Shown piece by piece: positions 1 through 7,564 of a stretch of 57,322 nt of DNA; the first letter of the stretch is position 1, and each line of letters opens with the position of its first letter. Source of the stretch: a virus (lineage: Duplodnaviria > Caudoviricetes); IMG/VR virus record IMGVR_UViG_3300046028_008890, positions 1 through 57,322 of that record. The stretch is one strand, 5' to 3'. The notes beneath the pieces are model-generated. The model worked only from the letters and a program-made list of their open reading frames with translations. It was not told where the DNA came from and made no database searches. The translations under genes were made by a program, and so were the position numbers.

Positions 1-135
1 GGAGATATAATAACAACAAAGGTGGGTGGTCCATATAAAGTTATTAGCGTTAAGGATAATTTAATAACATTTGAAATGAAAAACGGAATTGGAATGACCA
101 TAACACAACACGTGACGGAATTGATTAAATCCTAA
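1..135 (+). CDS. 3' end of a hypothetical protein, truncated by the window edge
   Basis: Frame 1 is open from base 1 (GDIITTKVGGPYKV...) to TAA at 133-135. Confidence 0.6.
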   Translation, partial: GDIITTKVGGPYKVISVKDNLITFEMKNGIGMTITQHVTELIKS

Positions 136-150
136 CTATTAAAATAAATT

Positions 151-342
151 ATGGAACCAAAAGCATATTTAGCATTAGATTGGGATGATATTAATGAATT
201 AGAGAAAACAGCTAAAGAGTTATTTGATGCCGACACTAATGATGTGGATTGGCTTAGAGGTAGTGTTACCTTGAGTGTAATAGATTGGATGAAAGAAAAC
301 AATGTATATACACGTCCATTCAAAACAGAAATAAATAAATAA
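151..342 (+). CDS. hypothetical protein
   Basis: ORF with A-rich leader, tightly packed with neighbours. Confidence 0.75.
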   Translation: MEPKAYLALDWDDINELEKTAKELFDADTNDVDWLRGSVTLSVIDWMKENNVYTRPFKTEINK

Positions 343-345
343 TAT

Positions 346-531
346 ATGACAGAACAAGAAGCAATTGATAGAATCAACGCAGCGTTGGATAGAATAGAAG
401 CCAAATTAGATAGCGTAGATGAAGTACTAAATAAAATAAACGGGGAGATAGATAAACATAAAGATACACCCAGCAAAACTATTACAGTGGAATATGACGG
501 GGAAATAATGACACGTTATAAATCAAAATAA
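346..531 (+). CDS. hypothetical protein (short coiled coil)
   Basis: ORF 3 nt after the previous stop; heptad-like N-terminus. Confidence 0.75.
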   Translation: MTEQEAIDRINAALDRIEAKLDSVDEVLNKINGEIDKHKDTPSKTITVEYDGEIMTRYKSK

Positions 532-534
532 CAA

Positions 535-651
535 ATGAGAAATAAACGACTACATCAAATTGAAGATATAGGTTTTTATGTAACAATGTGTTTTGTGTCG
601 ATAGTAATTGGTTTAAATATATTAAGTTTAATTATAAAAATTATATTATGA
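535..651 (+). CDS. small membrane protein (38 aa, not in ORF track)
   Basis: MRNKRLHQIEDIGFYVTMCFVSIVIGLNILSLIIKIIL; its TGA overlaps the next ATG (ATGA). Confidence 0.55.
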   Translation: MRNKRLHQIEDIGFYVTMCFVSIVIGLNILSLIIKIIL

Positions 652-815
652 GTAATGGAACATTAATTGTATTTGCGTTAGGATGGATTTGTTTGTTAGC
701 AGCTTGGTTGATAAATGATAGAATGGAAGAGAAACGAGTGACAATAAAATTAATGCTTGCAACGGCGAGTTGCGCTTTTTTTGCTGCTAATGCAATATAC
801 ACTTTTGTTAAGTAA
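648..815 (+). CDS. small two-TM membrane protein
   Basis: Start moved from 588 to the ATG at 648 (MSNGTLIVF); two hydrophobic segments. Confidence 0.65.
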   Translation: MSNGTLIVFALGWICLLAAWLINDRMEEKRVTIKLMLATASCAFFAANAIYTFVK

Positions 816-1014
816 CGCGTTTTTTTGCACTTATTTTGCGCCTATACGCGCCGTTTTTTTGCTGCTAACGTGTGGAAAACAAATATAACATGAATGGATG
901 TGGTTTTTTACCACGTCTGTTTTTGTTATGTTGCGTTGCGTATATGGAATGTTGTTGTGTATGTGGATGATGGTGTCGCGCAGAGTTTTAATTTCTCCTC
1001 GCCACTCCACACAT

Positions 1015-1080
1015 TTTTTATCGACAAGCAATACTTTTTTATTGGTAAGCAATAAACTTTTATTGATTAGCAGTTTTTTT
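1015..1080. repeat. three degenerate 21-bp tandem repeats (TTTATyGryWAGCA) in a T-tract-rich non-coding gap
   Basis: ttttatcgacaagcaata / ttttattggtaagcaata / ttttattgattagcag; equivalent A at 1020, 1041, 1062. Confidence 0.65.
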
Positions 1081-1190
1081 GCTAAACCAAATTTGTTTTT
1101 GTCAAGATTTTTTTGTAACTTCACCCCAATTTTAATTTTTTTTACCTAAATTTTTTTTGTTATGTCAAGGTTTTGTCGTACATTCACATC

Positions 1191-1358
1191 ATGATAAGTA
1201 AATCCACAGCAATTCTCATCATAATATTATTAGTGTTATATTCACTACGAAAACACTTCCCCTTCAACGTAGTGTGGAAAGTCATACAGTTTTTTTTTAT
1301 AATATGGCTGTGTTTTTTTCTATGGGATTTTTTTGTTAGGGCAGGAATTATTTATTAG
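1191..1358 (+). CDS. small membrane protein
   Basis: ATG at 1191 directly follows the promoter motif; hydrophobic. Confidence 0.6.
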   Translation: MISKSTAILIIILLVLYSLRKHFPFNVVWKVIQFFFIIWLCFFLWDFFVRAGIIY

Positions 1359-1378
1359 ATTCATTAAAATTAATAGTT

Positions 1379-2008
1379 ATGAAAGTAATAGAAAAACAAT
1401 GGAATTACGGAACATACCTCGCATACGACGAGATTGATGAGGAGTTTTTAGCAACCGAGAAGGGTATCCGTGTATTACCAGCGCCTTTTTTTTATGAAAA
1501 GAAATTATATTTTGAGCTATGGAAGCGTTATGAGCCGGGTGATAAAGCAACATTCCCCAACGGCGGATATGAAGTTGTTGACGTAAGTGGAGGAATCCGT
1601 TCATACGACCTGGATCAGATCATCATTCATCCCCAGGTACTCCAGCACAAGAAAATGTTGGATAAGATGGCTCGTCGTGCGGAAAAGGAAGCACGCAAAC
1701 GCGAACGCAAACGTGATAAGGTATATAAAGCGGTTACTAAAGGTGGACGACGTGGTAGACCAGCAATTGATCCAGCACTTAAAGCCGCTAGAGCAGCACT
1801 TAAGGTAGAAGCTGGAGTGCGTAGTGGAGGAAAGCGCGGACGACCTAAGAGTACCGAACCTAAAGTAGTACCTACACCGAAAACAACCGGTGGAAGAAGA
1901 GGTCGTCCGGCGCTCTCAGCAGAAGTGATTGACCAGCGAGCAGCAGATAAAGCAGCTGTACAGAAACGTTCGAGAGGTAAACGCGGACGACCTAAATCAA
2001 ACCGTTGA
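1379..2008 (+). CDS. basic DNA-binding protein with four AT-hook-like (G-R/K-RGRP) motifs
   Basis: GRRGRP, GKRGRP, GRRGRP, GKRGRP in the C-terminal half. Confidence 0.75.
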   Translation: MKVIEKQWNYGTYLAYDEIDEEFLATEKGIRVLPAPFFYEKKLYFELWKRYEPGDKATFPNGGYEVVDVSGGIRSYDLDQIIIHPQVLQHKKMLDKMARRAEKEARKRERKRDKVYKAVTKGGRRGRPAIDPALKAARAALKVEAGVRSGGKRGRPKSTEPKVVPTPKTTGGRRGRPALSAEVIDQRAADKAAVQKRSRGKRGRPKSNR

Positions 2009-2050
2009 TTGTCATAATTATTTTACGTATATTTATCGAAATTAAAAATT

Positions 2051-2272
2051 ATGATTACAATTACAGAATTAGAAAACGTAGATGCTAATTATTTTGAATT
2101 ATCTGATAACAATAAAACATTGTATGTTTTTAAAGTAGATGATCATTATGAGTTTTCTATTAATGAAGGTTATGATGATGATCAGGTATTAATTGATGAA
2201 TGTATTGAATTTTGTAAACAGAATAATTTAAATTATGAAGTTACAGACTCTAATATATTAATTAGACTATAG
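2051..2272 (+). CDS. acidic hypothetical early protein
   Basis: ORF with own promoter. Confidence 0.8.
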   Translation: MITITELENVDANYFELSDNNKTLYVFKVDDHYEFSINEGYDDDQVLIDECIEFCKQNNLNYEVTDSNILIRL

Positions 2273-2332
2273 TTGAAATAATATACGAGATCGGTCAAAA
2301 CCGGTCTCGTATATTTATCGAAATTAAAAATT

Positions 2333-2536
2333 ATGAATTTAAAAACTATTAATCAAAAACAATGTTTGTCATTTCAAAATTGTGAAGATGATACTCATAT
2401 TTTTGATATTGAAGCTAAAAATGAAGATAATAAAGTTGAATTTACTATGAATTTAGATGTTGATGGTTTTAACATGACATTAAATCAAGTAGAATTAAAA
2501 ACACTAATTGATTATCTTCAACAACAACTAGATTAA
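2333..2536 (+). CDS. hypothetical early protein
   Basis: ORF with own promoter/hairpin. Confidence 0.8.
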   Translation: MNLKTINQKQCLSFQNCEDDTHIFDIEAKNEDNKVEFTMNLDVDGFNMTLNQVELKTLIDYLQQQLD

Positions 2537-2585
2537 TTCTGTCGTAGTTTTTTTACGTACATTTATCGAAATAAAATTAAAAATT

Positions 2586-2762
2586 ATGACTGTAGAAGAA
2601 ATTATTGCCGCATTAAAAGAACTAGATGTTGATGGAGAAACGACTCAATACATTCTAGAGCGAATTGGAATGGACGAGCAAATGGCCGTTCAGTTGACCA
2701 CTAAATACCCTAGTGTTGTACAGGAACACATCAACGAATTAAAATCTGAAGGATTAATTTAG
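2586..2762 (+). CDS. hypothetical early protein (58 aa, not in ORF track)
   Basis: MTVEEIIAALKELDVDG...; promoter at 2541. Confidence 0.75.
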   Translation: MTVEEIIAALKELDVDGETTQYILERIGMDEQMAVQLTTKYPSVVQEHINELKSEGLI

Positions 2763-2809
2763 CCGGGCGAAGCTTAGTTATTATATTCATCCAAATAAAA
2801 ATTAAACGT

Positions 2810-3001
2810 ATGGCTAACATGTCTTATTGCAGATTCGAAAACACACTTAGAGACCTTAGAGATTGTTTTGCTAACATGGATAGTGATGATTTGAGTCAAT
2901 CAGAGTTTTATGCACGTAAACAAATGATTGAGTTATGTTGGGATATTTACCAAGAATATTGTAATATAATCGATGATGAATTTGAAGACGAATCAGAATA
3001 G
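2810..3001 (+). CDS. hypothetical phage protein (MANMSYCRFENT type)
   Basis: ORF with own promoter; N-terminal motif recalled from phage hypotheticals. Confidence 0.8.
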   Translation: MANMSYCRFENTLRDLRDCFANMDSDDLSQSEFYARKQMIELCWDIYQEYCNIIDDEFEDESE

Positions 3002-3071
3002 GTTTTGTCCGGTCCGAATTTTTTTAGTACATTCATATCACAAATATAAATAAATAATAAAAACAAAGGTT

Positions 3072-3413
3072 ATGGCAAAGAAAATCACAACTCCAGTAGT
3101 AATCGAATTTAACGACGAAATTGAAACTGTAGAAACAGTAAAAGCACCTAGCACAGTAGGTAAAGAAGCAGGTAAAGGTTCAAAAGGTCGTCCAACAGTA
3201 GCAGGTTCGGCTCGTCAGATGCGTCTAGCAGCTAGAGAAGCTCGTGTAGCAGCAGGTGGTAAAGTACAAAGAGGTCGTCCATCAGTTCAAACAAGCGCTC
3301 GCCAAGCCAAACTAGCAGCACAAGCAGCTAGGGTTGCAACAGGTGGGGTTATTAAGCGTGGTCGTCCAGCAACTAAAAAGGTAGATGAAGTAGCAGCCGA
3401 AGTGGCTGCTTAA
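3072..3413 (+). CDS. basic Ala-rich protein with three (K/R)GRP AT-hook-like repeats
   Basis: KGRP..SARQ, RGRP..SARQ, RGRP internal repeats. Confidence 0.75.
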   Translation: MAKKITTPVVIEFNDEIETVETVKAPSTVGKEAGKGSKGRPTVAGSARQMRLAAREARVAAGGKVQRGRPSVQTSARQAKLAAQAARVATGGVIKRGRPATKKVDEVAAEVAA

Positions 3414-3490
3414 TCAATAATGCCTAAGGTCCGCCATCCCGATGGGTGGGTGGCGGAACTTTTTTCGTATATTCATCCAAATTAAAACAT

Positions 3491-3667
3491 ATGAATTTAC
3501 TTATTAATTACATGATTGATTTTTTACACGGCGTTAGAGTAGAGGGTGAACCAGCTAATTACCCGCAGACTAGTCCTTCAAATGTGAGGGGAGAAGATGG
3601 TTTTTTTGAGTGGAGCCGTGAATATAGAGTGGGGTGTCAAGCAAAAAGTGGAGCTTGTTTTTATTAG
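3491..3667 (+). CDS. hypothetical early protein
   Basis: Start moved to 3491, after the promoter motif. Confidence 0.65.
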   Translation: MNLLINYMIDFLHGVRVEGEPANYPQTSPSNVRGEDGFFEWSREYRVGCQAKSGACFY

Positions 3668-3710
3668 GCGAGATTTTTTACATACATTTATCGAAATAAA
3701 AATTAAATAT

Positions 3711-4109
3711 ATGGCTACAAGATCTTACATCGGAGTTAGAAACACAGATGCTTCAGTTGATTATATTTACTGCCACTTTGATGGCTACCCAGAGCACAAC
3801 GGACAGATCCTAACGGAGCATTATAATAATCCTAACCGAGTAAATGAATTAATGAAGCTGGGTGATTTGAGTGTGTTGGGAAAATTTATTGGTGAAAAAC
3901 AGGATTTCGATAAGCGAATTAAAGATAATTGTTTAGCATACGGTAGAGATAGGGGTGAATCGAATGTGGGAGTGAAAAATACCAGCTATGATAAATTGAT
4001 TGTCGATCAAAGTGTTGATTATGTTTATATTTTCGACGGTGATTATTGGGAGTGCCACAGCACATATACTCCAGAATTAATTAATTTATATGATAAAGCA
4101 GACGCTTAA
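3711..4109 (+). CDS. conserved phage hypothetical protein (MATRS..YCHxDGYP family)
   Basis: Start moved to 3711 after the promoter; YCHFDGYPEHNG motif. Confidence 0.8.
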   Translation: MATRSYIGVRNTDASVDYIYCHFDGYPEHNGQILTEHYNNPNRVNELMKLGDLSVLGKFIGEKQDFDKRIKDNCLAYGRDRGESNVGVKNTSYDKLIVDQSVDYVYIFDGDYWECHSTYTPELINLYDKADA

Positions 4110-4142
4110 AGATAGTTCATACTTTTAATTTTTAATGATTAC

Positions 4143-4170
4143 GCCCTGGGTTTCTACCCGGGGCTTTTTT
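4143..4170 (+). terminator. rho-independent terminator
   Basis: GCCCTGGG-tttcta-CCCGGGGC followed by T6. Confidence 0.85.
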
Positions 4171-4214
4171 ACATGGGCAAAATTAAACACGTATATTTAT
4201 CAAAATTAAAACAT

Positions 4215-4478
4215 ATGACAATAAAAGATTTGATTGAACAATTAAGTAAATTTAATCCAGAAACAGAAGTATTAGGTATGTGTACTGACCCTACAGATTA
4301 CACCTACAAAGTACCTATTAAGTCAATTATACTAGATGACCCTTATGATTCAAATGGTTATTCAGGTGTAGATGGTTCTGAAGTAGATTGGGTAGAGTGT
4401 TATAATGAAGATGAAGAAACAGGTGAAGAAACTTATATTGGTCCTAAGGTTGTATTATTAAATTTAGGTGATGTATAA
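4215..4478 (+). CDS. hypothetical early protein, paralog of 5698-5889
   Basis: MTIKDLIEQLSKFNPETEVLG; start after the promoter. Confidence 0.8.
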   Translation: MTIKDLIEQLSKFNPETEVLGMCTDPTDYTYKVPIKSIILDDPYDSNGYSGVDGSEVDWVECYNEDEETGEETYIGPKVVLLNLGDV

Positions 4479-4534
4479 AAACATCACTTTTTTTTGTCAC
4501 AATTATTTATATATATTTAATCAAATTAAAAATT

Positions 4535-4705
4535 ATGAGTGATAAATTAACATTAGAACAAAACGAACGTTTAAATGAATTAGAATCTGTGTTAAAAGTT
4601 TTTTTATATGATGTAGATTATTTGAGAGAATTTGGTGAAGATGAAGAAACAGATGTTAATTCTTTGTTTGATGATGTGTTTGATAGAATTAGAGAATTAA
4701 ATTGA
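4535..4705 (+). CDS. acidic hypothetical protein (56 aa, not in ORF track)
   Basis: MSDKLTLEQNERLNELES...; promoter at 4496. Confidence 0.75.
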   Translation: MSDKLTLEQNERLNELESVLKVFLYDVDYLREFGEDEETDVNSLFDDVFDRIRELN

Positions 4706-4751
4706 TTTTTTTGTCACAACTATTTACGTACATTTATCAAAATTAAAACAT

Positions 4752-4940
4752 ATGAAATATTTAGTAATTGAATTTTTTGGAAATGATAATTATTTTACTA
4801 CAAATGGTTGTACAATTGATGAATTAGTAGAGGAAATGTATGGCGGTAGAGAAGAATTTAATTTAGAAGAAGCTAAGAAATCATTTTTTGAAAATTATGA
4901 TGTATTTGAGATTAGAGGTGAGTTGGTAAAGATAAATTAG
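4752..4940 (+). CDS. acidic hypothetical early protein
   Basis: ORF with own promoter. Confidence 0.8.
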   Translation: MKYLVIEFFGNDNYFTTNGCTIDELVEEMYGGREEFNLEEAKKSFFENYDVFEIRGELVKIN

Positions 4941-4957
4941 TTTTTTTATATCAGGTG

Positions 4958-4986
4958 AATGTGGGTGGTCAGAAATGATCACCCAT
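4958..4986 (+). repeat. left copy of 29-bp hairpin direct repeat; terminator-like
   Basis: aatgTGGGTGGTCA-gaaa-TGATCACCCAt followed by a T run; 27/29 identical to 6954-6982. Confidence 0.9.
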
Positions 4987-5072
4987 TTTTTTAATATTAT
5001 CTTAACATAATTAATTTAAAATATATTTGTTTTGTTATAATTAATTTATTATATTTATATAAATTAATAATT

Positions 5073-5315
5073 ATGATTAAAATTTATTGTATTGATGATG
5101 ATGGTGATTTAGTTAGAGATTATAAGGTTAGTAGTGATTTGTTGATGGAGAGATTTGTATTAAGTGAGGGTGATGTAAGTGAGATAATGAGTGAGATAGG
5201 AATTTATAGTGTAGAGGATGATGTGGAGATGTTTAGAGTGGATAGTGTGGAGGATATTGATTTGGATATGTGGTTAAATAGGGTAGGTATTGATTTTGAG
5301 TTGAGGAGGAGGTGA
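5073..5315 (+). CDS. acidic hypothetical protein, C-less gene
   Basis: Intact ORF with promoter; no Ala/Pro/Thr/His/Gln. Confidence 0.8.
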   Translation: MIKIYCIDDDGDLVRDYKVSSDLLMERFVLSEGDVSEIMSEIGIYSVEDDVEMFRVDSVEDIDLDMWLNRVGIDFELRRR

Positions 5316-5382
5316 TGGATAAAAAAATAAATTAGTTTAATTGTGATTAATGATGTATATTTGTATAAATAAATTATTAATT

Positions 5383-5637
5383 ATGAGTATAGAATTAAAA
5401 TTGAATGAATTAGATGAAATGTTTAGTAAGTGTGGAAATGGAGTGTTTATTATGTGTATGAGTAATAGAGGGGATAAAAAGGATAGATTTAGGATTTGTA
5501 GAGAGAGTTGGAAATTAGGTAGTAGAGTGAATTGGGTGAAGTGTAAAAAAATATTGAGTTTAGAAGGTATTGAATTTGTGGAGGGTGAAAGTGGATGGGG
5601 AATGAGAATGAGTAGATGTATTGATTTTAATTATTAA
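5383..5637 (+). CDS. hypothetical protein, C-less gene
   Basis: Start moved to 5383 after the promoter; no A/P/T/H/Q. Confidence 0.8.
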   Translation: MSIELKLNELDEMFSKCGNGVFIMCMSNRGDKKDRFRICRESWKLGSRVNWVKCKKILSLEGIEFVEGESGWGMRMSRCIDFNY

Positions 5638-5697
5638 AGTAAATTAGTTTAATTAAAATTAATTATGTATATTTAGTTATAATTAAAAAATTAAAGT

Positions 5698-5889
5698 ATG
5701 AAAGTAAAAGAATTAATTAGTTTATTAAGTAAATTTAATGGTGAATTAGATGTATTAGGTGAATTTGATAGTGATGGTGATGAATTTATGGTTAAAATAG
5801 ATGTTAATAAAGTATATAAAGGTAATAATATTGATGATAGTAATTGGGATGATGATGGTAAAGAATATTGTATAATATTATTAAAATAA
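5698..5889 (+). CDS. hypothetical protein, C-less paralog of 4215-4478
   Basis: MKVKELISLLSKFNGELDVLG versus MTIKDLIEQLSKFNPETEVLG. Confidence 0.8.
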   Translation: MKVKELISLLSKFNGELDVLGEFDSDGDEFMVKIDVNKVYKGNNIDDSNWDDDGKEYCIILLK

Positions 5890-5944
5890 ATTTGTATTGT
5901 TAGAATTAATTGTGTATATTTAATTATAATTAAAAATTAAAAAT

Positions 5945-6244
5945 ATGAAATTAAATTTAAAAGATTTAAAAGAATGGATGTGGATTGAAGTATGTGAAGG
6001 TGATGATAAGATAAAGATTAGTAATAAGTATAAAAAAGTATGTGATGGAATTGGAGATGAAGAAGTAAGTGGTGGAAATTATATTTGGTATTTTTATTTG
6101 ATATTAGATAGATTAGTTGAAAAAGAAATGATAGAGTTTGAAGGTGGTGATTTTGATTGGATATATGAATTTTTAAAGGAATATAATGAGGAGAATAATT
6201 TTAATAAGTATATGGATGAATATAATTTATTAGTTATTAAATAA
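5945..6244 (+). CDS. acidic hypothetical protein, C-less gene
   Basis: Intact 99-aa ORF with promoter. Confidence 0.8.
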   Translation: MKLNLKDLKEWMWIEVCEGDDKIKISNKYKKVCDGIGDEEVSGGNYIWYFYLILDRLVEKEMIEFEGGDFDWIYEFLKEYNEENNFNKYMDEYNLLVIK

Positions 6245-6297
6245 ATTAGTTTAGTTAGAATTAATATTGTATATTTAATTAATTAAAAAATATAATT

Positions 6298-6582
6298 ATG
6301 ATTATTGAAAATTATTTAGAAAGTATGATTTATGATTTTAATTGTGGAAATGATAATGAGTATGATGAAGGAGAATTAGTAGAGTTTAGATATGAAGAAA
6401 TTGAAAAAGGAGATTTAGATAATTATGATGAAGAAGATGTAAATATGTTTTATGAAATGAGAGATTATATTAATGAAGTGAAAGAAATAAAATATAAAAA
6501 TGATGATGATGGAATAGAATATATTTTTAGTGTAGAAGAAAATGATATAGTTTGTAGATTTAAAGAAGTAATTAGGTATTAA
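6298..6582 (+). CDS. highly acidic hypothetical protein, C-less gene
   Basis: Intact 94-aa D/E-rich ORF with promoter. Confidence 0.8.
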   Translation: MIIENYLESMIYDFNCGNDNEYDEGELVEFRYEEIEKGDLDNYDEEDVNMFYEMRDYINEVKEIKYKNDDDGIEYIFSVEENDIVCRFKEVIRY

Positions 6583-6640
6583 ATAAATTAGTTTAGTTAG
6601 AATTAATAGTGTATATTTATTTAAATTAAAAATTATTATT

Positions 6641-6739
6641 ATGAATTTAATTAATTATGTTATTTTATTTACTATTTTATTTAATGTTATTTTTATTAGT
6701 ATTAGTTATAAAGTAGAATTAGATAGAAGAAAAAATTAA
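6641..6739 (+). CDS. 32-aa membrane peptide containing the island's only C (Thr11, ACT)
   Basis: MNLINYVILFTILFNVIFISISYKVELDRRKN; promoter at 6596. Confidence 0.6.
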   Translation: MNLINYVILFTILFNVIFISISYKVELDRRKN

Positions 6740-6792
6740 ATTTGTTTTGTTAGAATTAATATTGTATATTTAATTAATTAAAAAATATAATT

Positions 6793-6951
6793 ATGAATTT
6801 AAGTTTAAAGGAATTAAATGATTTGTATTATTGTGTAGGTAAGATGAGATGGTATAGTGAAGGAAGTAAAATGATAAGTAATGAAGAGTGTGAATTATTA
6901 TTAGATAGGTTAAGGGATGAAATAAATAAAGTAGTAAAAGAAGAAGAATAA
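6793..6951 (+). CDS. 52-aa hypothetical protein, C-less gene (not in ORF track)
   Basis: MNLSLKELNDLYYCVGKMRW...; promoter at 6749. Confidence 0.7.
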   Translation: MNLSLKELNDLYYCVGKMRWYSEGSKMISNEECELLLDRLRDEINKVVKEEE

Positions 6952-6953
6952 TA

Positions 6954-6982
6954 AATGTGGGTGGTCAGGAATGATCACCTAT
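6954..6982 (+). repeat. right copy of 29-bp hairpin direct repeat; overlaps the promoter of the next gene
   Basis: aatgtgggtggtcaggaatgatcacctat; GTCA-N12-TATCTTCA. Confidence 0.9.
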
Positions 6983-7011
6983 CTTCATCTAAACAATATA
7001 AATCAATTAAT

Positions 7012-7110
7012 ATGAGTATGTATTCAATTAACGTAGCTGCCTTAGTAACAATCTTAGTGAACACAGTAATACTAGTAGGTGTCTGGAGACATCAGCGCAG
7101 GCAAAAATAA
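7012..7110 (+). CDS. small membrane peptide
   Basis: 32-aa hydrophobic ORF after the promoter. Confidence 0.5.
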   Translation: MSMYSINVAALVTILVNTVILVGVWRHQRRQK

Positions 7111-7148
7111 GGTCATATATTCAGGACACAATTAAAAATTAAAACAAT

Positions 7149-7328
7149 ATGGAAAATTTAATTATTAGAACCAAGTATTTAAATGTATCATTAATTCCAG
7201 GTGTATTATTCGGAGCAATATATACCGACCAGGAAATAGGTATAGTAATAGGGCCACTAGCACTAACGATTAAACTGTATGCCTTCAACCGTAAACGTAA
7301 AGCGACACCCAATACAAATGAATTATAG
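7149..7328 (+). CDS. 59-aa hypothetical protein (not in ORF track)
   Basis: MENLIIRTKYLNVSLIPG...; promoter at 7100. Confidence 0.65.
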   Translation: MENLIIRTKYLNVSLIPGVLFGAIYTDQEIGIVIGPLALTIKLYAFNRKRKATPNTNEL

Positions 7329-7381
7329 GTGGACGGGGCAAAGCCCCGTTCATATATTCATCACATAATAAAATTAAACAT

Positions 7382-7564
7382 ATGAAACAATTTATCATTT
7401 CACTTCTAGTATCATTAATCGTATTGTATCTAGTAGTATCATTCATCAGCCTCACTCCCAATATAGCTGAATGGGGTTCGGGTGGACGTGGTGCTTATCT
7501 ATTCTTCGGAGCGTTATTTGGAGGTATAGCTTACGTTATCTATTACGAAACAAATAATAAATAG
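7382..7564 (+). CDS. small two-TM membrane protein
   Basis: Two hydrophobic helices; own promoter. Confidence 0.75.
   Translation: MKQFIISLLVSLIVLYLVVSFISLTPNIAEWGSGGRGAYLFFGALFGGIAYVIYYETNNK

Larger units (their letters stand above)
5007..6965 (+). other. cytosine-free island (one C in 1959 nt on the + strand)
   Basis: Read line by line: last C at 5006, one C at 6672, next C at 6966; G is abundant. Confidence 0.97.

Noticed and set aside
21-31. GGTGGGTGGTC partial match to the island-flanking repeat
   Set aside because: Lies inside a coding frame and lacks the second hairpin arm; probably chance
831-1149. ORFs 831-1124 (-) and 898-1149 (+)
   Set aside because: Products mirror the T-tract repeats, with no promoter or A-rich leader; treated as non-coding
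2011-6792. CRISPR array
   Set aside because: Repeats are degenerate promoters separated by 150-500-nt ORFs; no cas genes
5007-6965. C-free island as a bisulfite/damage or low-complexity assembly artefact
   Set aside because: ORFs are intact with no CAA/CGA-derived stops, paralog differences are not simple C-to-T, and the edges coincide with a biological repeat. Read-level confirmation is still needed.
5007-6965. Diversity-generating retroelement
   Set aside because: DGRs mutate adenines and need a template/variable repeat pair plus a reverse transcriptase; none is seen in this window
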